Shown here: positions 56,889 to 64,000 of the stretch, in pieces
Numbering within the stretch: the stretch's first letter is position 1
Layout of the letters: each line of letters starts with the position of its first letter
Source: Halarcobacter sp.
GTDB taxonomy: Bacteria; Campylobacterota; Campylobacteria; Campylobacterales; Arcobacteraceae
Length of the DNA: 64,000 nt
Direction of reading: 5' to 3'
Assembly (NCBI GenBank): GCA_048571215.1
Contig: CP182352.1
Coordinates: 1,024,001-1,088,000, forward strand
The notes under the pieces: model-generated
Told to the model about the DNA's origin: nothing
Seen by the model: the letters and a program-made list of their open reading frames with translations, nothing else
Database searches by the model: none
Made by a program: the position numbers and the translations under genes

Positions 56889-59800
56889 ATGGCAAGTGAT
56901 AATGAATATGTAAAGTACCAGAATAAAAGTGTAAATATTGTTGGAAAACCTTTAAAAGGTGAGAATGTTTCTGTTTATGTAAGACCTGGAGATTTGGTTG
57001 ATTTTAAAATCCCTGGGGTAAACTTGGAAGATTTAGAATATAGTCTTGTTGGAGGTGATATTGTAATAGACCTTCCCGGACAAGGTACTTTTACCTTTGT
57101 ATCTATGGCACTAATGGGATACAACGATACCCCACCTAGATTCTCTAGTAGCTCAGGAAAAGAGTTAACTTTAGGGGATATTCTTTCAGAAGTTGAAAAT
57201 ATCAACGCCTTGCCAATTGATTCTTTAGTTTCAGATGTAGATGTAAATATCCCTGATAATACTGCAAAGAAAACTGAAGAGGGTGATGCTACCCAAAACA
57301 ATCCACAAACTGCTCCACAAGTGATAATTCAACAAGTTGATAATGTAAATGAGAATGAAAATATCTCTGATTTGGAAAAAGTTGATGACTTTGAAATACC
57401 ACCAGAAGAAGCCCCTGAGGTAATAGAAAATGTATTTACAAGTAATGATGATGATAAATCTTCTAAAACACAAAGTTCTGTTACAGAGGGTAGTAAACCA
57501 ACATTTTCTTTTGATATAGATATTCAACACGTGGATTCATCAACTTCACGGGCTAATGAGGGTACAACAAGAGTTTTTACAGTAGAAGGGGGTGGTGGTG
57601 AAAAATATGCAAACTACTATCCAGCTACTGAAGAGAGTATTGATACTTTAGATAGATCTGAAATGTTAGTACAAAGGGATCCTGAGACTCTTGATTATAG
57701 CAATATAGATAATACTTTAGCAGATAGGGTTGTTATAAATGCTGATAATAATACTTATTTTGATGCTACTTCAACATCAAGAACAATAGAACTAGCTCCA
57801 AACAACCTTGAGGGTTATGAAATAGAAACTATTAAAATAAGTGCAGATGATTTTCCTGATGGCTTTGTTGTTGAAAATGCAACACTTAGTAATAATACTT
57901 GGACTTTAGTTAAAGATGATCCAAGTACCCCTGGAATTGAAGGGTTTTCTGTAAATACATTAGGGATAATAAAAATAAACTTTACAGTTAGTAGTCAACA
58001 AAGTGATAATTTTGCTTTTAATGTTGAAGCTACCTCCGTTTTTGATTTAGAAAATATTCCTGAAGAAGATAGAGCAGAGTTTGAAGTACCAGTTGAATCA
58101 GAATTGACATATGATAAATCATATGGAATAAACTTTAGAGATATTGTAGATACTGAGGATTCTGCTGAGTATATGTTTGAAAAATTTGCTGATGCCAATG
58201 GAGATATTGTATCTACAGGTTTTGTTGTAAGTACAAACTTGAATGATAATATTATTTATGGTTCTCAAGAGTTAGTAAATACTATATATGGTGGTCTTAG
58301 CAATGATACTGTAACAGGTGGAGACAATAATGACACTATATATGGAAATACTGGTAATGATACTATTACAGCTGGTTTAGGTGATGATTTTGTAGATGGT
58401 GGAGCTGATAATGATACTTTGGATTATTCGGCAATTGATAATGATAATAATATAGGAATAGCTGCTAATTTATCTACAGGTATTGTAACCGGAGATGGAA
58501 CTGATACCGTATCAAATATAGAAAATGTAATTGGTACACAAGACAATGACACCATAGTTGGTAGTGATGTTGTAAATATTTTAAAAGGTCAAAATGGAGC
58601 GGATATTCTTAGGGGATTAGATGGTAATGATACCTTAGAAGGAGAATTAGGAAATGATACCTTAGAGGGTGGATTGGGAGATGATTTACTTAAAGGTGGT
58701 ATTGGAAAAGATACTGTAAGTTATGAGCATGCTATAAGTTCTACAAATGCGGGTGTAACAGTTAGCTTAGAAAGTGATGAAAATAATCCAGGGTTAGGAA
58801 GTGCCACTGGAATAGATGGTATAGATACTCTTTGGGATTTTGAAAATATAACTGGATCAAATTATAATGATACTCTAAATGGAAATGCAGAAAACAATAC
58901 TATTCTTGCTTTATATGGAGATGATATCTTAGTAGGTAATGCTGGAGATGATTATATAGATGGTGGAGATGGTATTGATACAGTAGATTTTTCAAATGTT
59001 TCTACTGGAACTGGTGAAATTATAAACCTTGAACTTAATGAAGCTACAGGTGGAGATGGTATTGATGATATTTATAATATTGAAAATGTAATTGGTACTA
59101 AATATGTTGATACTATTATAGGGGATTCTTTAGATAACTCTATAGATGGTGGTAGAGGTAATGATACTTTAATAGGTGCTGATGGAAATGACACTTTAGT
59201 AGGTAATACAGGAAATGATTTTTTAAGTGGTGGATTAGGTGATGATTCTATAGATGGTGGAGTTGGAAGTGATACTGTTGATTATAGTGATATTAAAGGT
59301 GGAGTAAGAGTTGACTTATCTGATAATACTGAACAAAACACACAAAAAGCAGGCTTAGATACCTTATCAAGTGTGGAAAATCTAATAGGTACTTCATTTG
59401 ATGATACGATTACAGGAAGTTCTAGTGATAATAGTATAGTAACAAGAGAGGGTGATGATACTATTTATGCTTCAGGTGGTACTGATATATTAAATGGTGG
59501 TAGTGGTGAAGATTTATTAAGTTTTGCTAATAGTGCAAATAGCATTACAGTTGATTTATCAATTACACAGGAACAATCGACAGGTATTGGACAAACTACT
59601 ATTTCAAATATTGAAGATTTAGAGGGAAGTAATAATGTAGATACACTTTTAGGTGATTTTCAAAATAATAAGATTTATGGTTTAGATGGTAATGATTTTA
59701 TAAATGGTAAAGAGGGAGATGATTCACTATTTGGACAAGCTGGTGATGATACTATAGTTGGTGGAAGTGGAAATGATACTATAGATGGGGGAACAAATAC

Positions 59801-62800
59801 AGCCCAAGGTGATAGCATTGATTATACTGATAGTTCAAATGCCGTAAAACTAGCCTTAGCTAATAGTGGAACTGATGCCCTGGCAACAATAGGAACAGAA
59901 CAAGATACAGTAAGAAATATAGAAAATATTTTAGGTTCTAAATACAATGATACTTTAAGTGGAAATGATGATAATAACTTATTAAGTGGAAATGCAGGAG
60001 ATGATATCTTAAGTGGTGGCTTAGGAGATGATATTCTTAATGGTGGAGAAGACAATGACACCTTAAGTGGTGGCTTAGGAAATGATACCTTAAGTGGTGG
60101 CTTAGGAAATGATACCGTTGATTATCGTGATATAACAGTTGGAAATGTAGTAGTAGATTTATCAATTTCAACACAACAAGATACAAAAAATGCAGGCTTA
60201 GATATTTTAAATAGTGTTGAGAACTTTATAGGTACTTCTTTTGGAGATACTGTATGGGGAAGTGCAGATAATAATAAGATTGAAACAAAAGTAGGTGATG
60301 ATACAATCTATTCTTCAAGTGGTACTGATATTATTGATGGTGGAAGTGGTGAAGATTTATTAAGTTTTGAAACAAGCGGTACCGGTGTTATAGCTGATTT
60401 ATCAAATCTTAATGAACAAGCAACTAATCAAGGAAGAATAACAATTGCTAATATTGAAAATCTAGAAGGTAGTAATCAAGTTGATACCTTTAGTGGTGAT
60501 TCAAATATTAATAAAATCTATGGATTAGATGGCAATGATACTATATTTGGTGCCCAAGGTGATGATTCATTATTTGGACAAGGTGGTGATGATAAGATAA
60601 TTGGTGGAAGTGGAAATGATATTATAGATGGGGGAATAAATACATCTCAAGGTGATAGTGTAGATTATAGCACTAGTTCAAATGCAGTATCATTAACCCT
60701 TGCAAATAGTGGAAATGATGCTATAGCAACAATAGGAACTGAGCAAGATACAGTAAGAAATATAGAAAATATTATAGGATCTCAATACAATGATACCTTA
60801 GGTGGAAATGCTGATAATAACTCAATAAGTGGTAACAATGGTGATGATACTTTTATTGCAAGTGATGGAAACGATGAGTTTATTGGTGGATCAGGAAATG
60901 ATACGATTGATTATAGTAATAGAGTTGATAATATTAATGTTACTTTGATTGATAATAGCCCTTCAAATATAGTAAATGGAACTTTTACAGATACAGTTTA
61001 TCAAGTAGAAAATATTACAGGTTCACAAGTAAATGATACAATCACAGGTGACTCTGGGATAAATACCCTAAAAGGTCAAGAGGGTGATGATACAATCTCA
61101 GGTGGAGCTGGAAATGATGTTATAGATGGGGGAACAAATACAGCCCAAGGTGATAGTGTAGATTATAGAAGTAGTTCTAGTGCAGTAAAGTTAACCCTTT
61201 CTGATAGTGGAAATGATGCAAATGCAACTATTGGTTTAGAACAAGATACAGTAAGAAATATAGAGAATATTTTAGGTTCACAAAACAATGATATTTTAGG
61301 TGGAAATTCAGATAATAACTCAATAAGTGGTAATACGGGGAATGATACTTTAAGTGGTGGTTTAGGTGATGACACTCTTGATGGTGGAGAAGGTGATGAT
61401 ACTCTAAGTGGTGGTTTAGGTGATGATTTCTTAAATGGTGGAGTTGGAGTTGATACAGTTGATTATAGTGATATAAATGTAGCTGGGGTAAGTGTTGACT
61501 TATCAAAACAGACACAACAAGACACACAAAATGCCGGACTAGATACCCTATCAAGTGTGGAAAATTTAATAGGTACTTCATTTGATGATACAATTACAGG
61601 AAGTGATGACGATAATAAAATTGAAACAAAAGATGGGAATGATATTATTTATGCTTCAAGTGGTACTGATAGCTTAGATGGAGGTAGTGGACAAGACCTC
61701 TTAAGTTTTGTAAATAGTTCAAATAAAATCACTGTAGATTTATCAAATATTGCAGAACAATCAACAGGTTATGGTGACACAACTATTAGTAGTATTGAAG
61801 ATTTAGAGGGAAGTAATCTAAATGACACCCTTATAGGTAGTACACAAAACAATGAAATCTATGGTTTGGCTGGTAATGATATTATCAATGGAAAAGAGGG
61901 TGATGATTCATTATTTGGACAAGCTGGTGATGATACTATAATTGGTGGAGCTGGTAATGACATTATTGATGGGGGTATAAATACTACTCAAGGTGATAGT
62001 GTAGATTATACAAATAGTGAAAATGCAGTAAATTTAAGCCTTGCAGATGGTGGAAATGATGCTATAGCAAATATTGGTAGTGAACAAGATACAGTAAGAA
62101 ATATAGAAAATATTATAGGATCTCAATACAATGATACCTTAGGTGGAAACTCAGATGATAACTCTATCTTTGGAAATCTTGGAGATGACAATCTTATTGC
62201 AAGTGATGGAAATGATGAGTTTGTAGGTGGATCAGGAAGTGATACGGTTGATTATAGTAATAGAACTGAAAGTATTAGTGTAACTTTAAATGAAAGTGCA
62301 CCTACAGATGTAGTAAATGGAACTTTTACCGATACTGTTTACCAAATAGAAAATGTTACAGGTTCACAAGCTGATGATACAATTGTTGGTGATTCTCAAA
62401 CAAATATCTTAAAAGGTCAAGGGGGAGATGATACCCTATCAGGTGGGAAAGGTAGTGATTATATAGATGGGGGAGAAACTGGTGAAACCAATGGTGATAC
62501 AGTTAATTACTCTTATATAGATAATGTAACAACTGATACCTTTGGGGTAAGTGTAGATTTATCTTTAAATAGAGGTATTGATTTAAATACAGATGATAAA
62601 GATACTATAACAAATATAGAAAATGTAGTAGGTACAAAATTTGCAGATACACTTGTGGGTGATGAATTTGATAATATTCTAAATGGTGCAAATGGTAATG
62701 ATATCCTAAAAGGTGGGGCAGGAGATGACTCATTTATAGGTGGAAATGGTATTGATACAGTTGATTATAGTGATGTTTCAGAAAAGTTAAATATTGATTT

Positions 62801-64000
62801 GAAATCGCTTACTCCAAGAGAGGTTGCAATAGGTCAAGGAGTTGATACCTTTGATTCAATTGAAGGAGTTATTGGTGGTAGTAACGATGATACTTTAGTT
62901 GGTACAAGTGGTACAAATATTATCTCAGGTGGAGCAGGAAATGATACTCTAGTAAGTTTTGGTGGAGATGATACTATAAATGGTGGTGTTGGTTCAGATT
63001 TAATAAGTTTTGGGTTCACTACAAATGATATTACATTAGATCTTTCAAATACCTCATCACAAGTTACAGGTGTAGGTAATTTAATTGTAACAAATGTAGA
63101 AAATATTGATGGTGGATTTGGAGATGACACTTTAATAGGAGATAATAAAGAAATAGGAGATAATAAAGACAATATTTTAAGAGGTGGATTTGGGGCTGAT
63201 ACTTTAATAGGTAATGGTGGAAATAATACTTTAAATGGTGGTAAAGATTCTGATTCTCATAGAGTTTCAATAACAAACAACTCGTTGACTTTTAGTATAG
63301 TTGTAGGTGCACTTACTTTTACAACAGCAGCTGCTGCACAAGACACAATGCTTGATGATATAGTTTCTCAGTTCAATGAAGCAAATAGTGATGGAAGCTT
63401 AGGAACTATAATAAAAAGTGGAAGTGAACTTTTAATACAAACTTCACAAACTGTTAGTGTAACAAATGGTACAGATACTTCTTCAACTTTTATTGATATT
63501 GCTGATTATTCTTCGTTAGCTATAGAATCAATTGATGTAGATTTAACTAAAACCACTCAACAAGTAAATATTTCAGATGGTTCAAAAGATACTTTAATTG
63601 ATATTGAAAAGATTGTTGGTACTAAACAAGATGATAATATTAGTGGTGATGCAAATAACAATATTTTTGAAGGTAATGCAGGAGATGATACACTACTAGG
63701 AAAAGAAGGAGATGACACCTTAAGAGGTGGAGCAGGCGATGATATTATAAATGGTGGAGCTGGTAGTGATATTTTAGATGGTGGTATAGGAGATGATACT
63801 TTTATCTCATCTGTAAATGATGGAATAGACTATATTGATGGTGGAGCTGATAATGATACAGTTGATTATAGTTTAGAAACTTCAACTGTAAGTGTTCAAT
63901 TGGATGGTTTAAATACTTCAACAGTGTATATAAATGGAGTAGCAAATGACCAGTTAGATAATATTGAAAATATTACATCAGGTAGTGCAAATGATACTTT
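56889..64000 (+). CDS. Giant RTX/hemolysin-type Ca-binding repeat protein, probable T1SS-secreted adhesin (3' end outside window)
   Basis: RBS AAGGA and ATG 56889 (MASDNEYVKYQ...); the same frame is used at the window end; dozens of GGxGxDxL nonapeptides and DTVDYS...VDL...IENxxG modules. Confidence 0.92.
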   Translation, partial: MASDNEYVKYQNKSVNIVGKPLKGENVSVYVRPGDLVDFKIPGVNLEDLEYSLVGGDIVIDLPGQGTFTFVSMALMGYNDTPPRFSSSSGKELTLGDILSEVENINALPIDSLVSDVDVNIPDNTAKKTEEGDATQNNPQTAPQVIIQQVDNVNENENISDLEKVDDFEIPPEEAPEVIENVFTSNDDDKSSKTQSSVTEGSKPTFSFDIDIQHVDSSTSRANEGTTRVFTVEGGGGEKYANYYPATEESIDTLDRSEMLVQRDPETLDYSNIDNTLADRVVINADNNTYFDATSTSRTIELAPNNLEGYEIETIKISADDFPDGFVVENATLSNNTWTLVKDDPSTPGIEGFSVNTLGIIKINFTVSSQQSDNFAFNVEATSVFDLENIPEEDRAEFEVPVESELTYDKSYGINFRDIVDTEDSAEYMFEKFADANGDIVSTGFVVSTNLNDNIIYGSQELVNTIYGGLSNDTVTGGDNNDTIYGNTGNDTITAGLGDDFVDGGADNDTLDYSAIDNDNNIGIAANLSTGIVTGDGTDTVSNIENVIGTQDNDTIVGSDVVNILKGQNGADILRGLDGNDTLEGELGNDTLEGGLGDDLLKGGIGKDTVSYEHAISSTNAGVTVSLESDENNPGLGSATGIDGIDTLWDFENITGSNYNDTLNGNAENNTILALYGDDILVGNAGDDYIDGGDGIDTVDFSNVSTGTGEIINLELNEATGGDGIDDIYNIENVIGTKYVDTIIGDSLDNSIDGGRGNDTLIGADGNDTLVGNTGNDFLSGGLGDDSIDGGVGSDTVDYSDIKGGVRVDLSDNTEQNTQKAGLDTLSSVENLIGTSFDDTITGSSSDNSIVTREGDDTIYASGGTDILNGGSGEDLLSFANSANSITVDLSITQEQSTGIGQTTISNIEDLEGSNNVDTLLGDFQNNKIYGLDGNDFINGKEGDDSLFGQAGDDTIVGGSGNDTIDGGTNTAQGDSIDYTDSSNAVKLALANSGTDALATIGTEQDTVRNIENILGSKYNDTLSGNDDNNLLSGNAGDDILSGGLGDDILNGGEDNDTLSGGLGNDTLSGGLGNDTVDYRDITVGNVVVDLSISTQQDTKNAGLDILNSVENFIGTSFGDTVWGSADNNKIETKVGDDTIYSSSGTDIIDGGSGEDLLSFETSGTGVIADLSNLNEQATNQGRITIANIENLEGSNQVDTFSGDSNINKIYGLDGNDTIFGAQGDDSLFGQGGDDKIIGGSGNDIIDGGINTSQGDSVDYSTSSNAVSLTLANSGNDAIATIGTEQDTVRNIENIIGSQYNDTLGGNADNNSISGNNGDDTFIASDGNDEFIGGSGNDTIDYSNRVDNINVTLIDNSPSNIVNGTFTDTVYQVENITGSQVNDTITGDSGINTLKGQEGDDTISGGAGNDVIDGGTNTAQGDSVDYRSSSSAVKLTLSDSGNDANATIGLEQDTVRNIENILGSQNNDILGGNSDNNSISGNTGNDTLSGGLGDDTLDGGEGDDTLSGGLGDDFLNGGVGVDTVDYSDINVAGVSVDLSKQTQQDTQNAGLDTLSSVENLIGTSFDDTITGSDDDNKIETKDGNDIIYASSGTDSLDGGSGQDLLSFVNSSNKITVDLSNIAEQSTGYGDTTISSIEDLEGSNLNDTLIGSTQNNEIYGLAGNDIINGKEGDDSLFGQAGDDTIIGGAGNDIIDGGINTTQGDSVDYTNSENAVNLSLADGGNDAIANIGSEQDTVRNIENIIGSQYNDTLGGNSDDNSIFGNLGDDNLIASDGNDEFVGGSGSDTVDYSNRTESISVTLNESAPTDVVNGTFTDTVYQIENVTGSQADDTIVGDSQTNILKGQGGDDTLSGGKGSDYIDGGETGETNGDTVNYSYIDNVTTDTFGVSVDLSLNRGIDLNTDDKDTITNIENVVGTKFADTLVGDEFDNILNGANGNDILKGGAGDDSFIGGNGIDTVDYSDVSEKLNIDLKSLTPREVAIGQGVDTFDSIEGVIGGSNDDTLVGTSGTNIISGGAGNDTLVSFGGDDTINGGVGSDLISFGFTTNDITLDLSNTSSQVTGVGNLIVTNVENIDGGFGDDTLIGDNKEIGDNKDNILRGGFGADTLIGNGGNNTLNGGKDSDSHRVSITNNSLTFSIVVGALTFTTAAAAQDTMLDDIVSQFNEANSDGSLGTIIKSGSELLIQTSQTVSVTNGTDTSSTFIDIADYSSLAIESIDVDLTKTTQQVNISDGSKDTLIDIEKIVGTKQDDNISGDANNNIFEGNAGDDTLLGKEGDDTLRGGAGDDIINGGAGSDILDGGIGDDTFISSVNDGIDYIDGGADNDTVDYSLETSTVSVQLDGLNTSTVYINGVANDQLDNIENITSGSANDT
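59200..62720 (+). repeat. Intragenic higher-order repeats (843-bp and 498-bp units)
   Basis: CAAGATACAGTAAGAAATATAG at 59901, 60744, 61242 and 62085; GATGGGGG at 59784, 60627, 61125, 61968 and 62466. Outer limits approximate. Confidence 0.85.

Noticed and set aside
56975..63276. Minus-strand ORFs over the RTX gene
   Set aside because: These Ser/Pro/Leu/His-rich frames are antisense shadows of the Gly/Asp/Asn-rich plus-strand gene.

Overview
A very AT-rich chromosomal segment whose gene content and order point to a Campylobacterota bacterium, most likely Arcobacteraceae (inference). Most of the window is ordinary housekeeping and envelope genes: rlpA-hisB-kdsC-lptC-lptA-yihA, fliP, mrdA, recD2, ftsA-ftsZ, hspR-cbpA, dinB, metX-xseB and carB. 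It also holds a TolC/MFP/split-RND efflux set, a DccRS-like two-component locus, and the first ~2370 codons of a giant RTX-repeat protein that the ORF track missed because it has no stop codon in the window. The most interesting part is an integrase-free accessory island between xseB and a ThiF-family gene (~41.2-49.4 kb). In order, it carries: (1) radC; (2) an internally deleted PemK/MazF-like gene facing a ~120-nt small RNA with its own consensus promoter, two structural repeats and a terminator (candidate RNA-antitoxin system); (3) a ~200-nt pseudoknot plus long-stem non-coding element; (4) a type I R-M system; (5) an intact Fic antitoxin with a truncated Fic toxin; (6) a DUF3800 RNase-H-fold gene facing a second convergent structured RNA; (7) a rhuM remnant. 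All family assignments come from motif recognition by eye; no database search or folding program was run.
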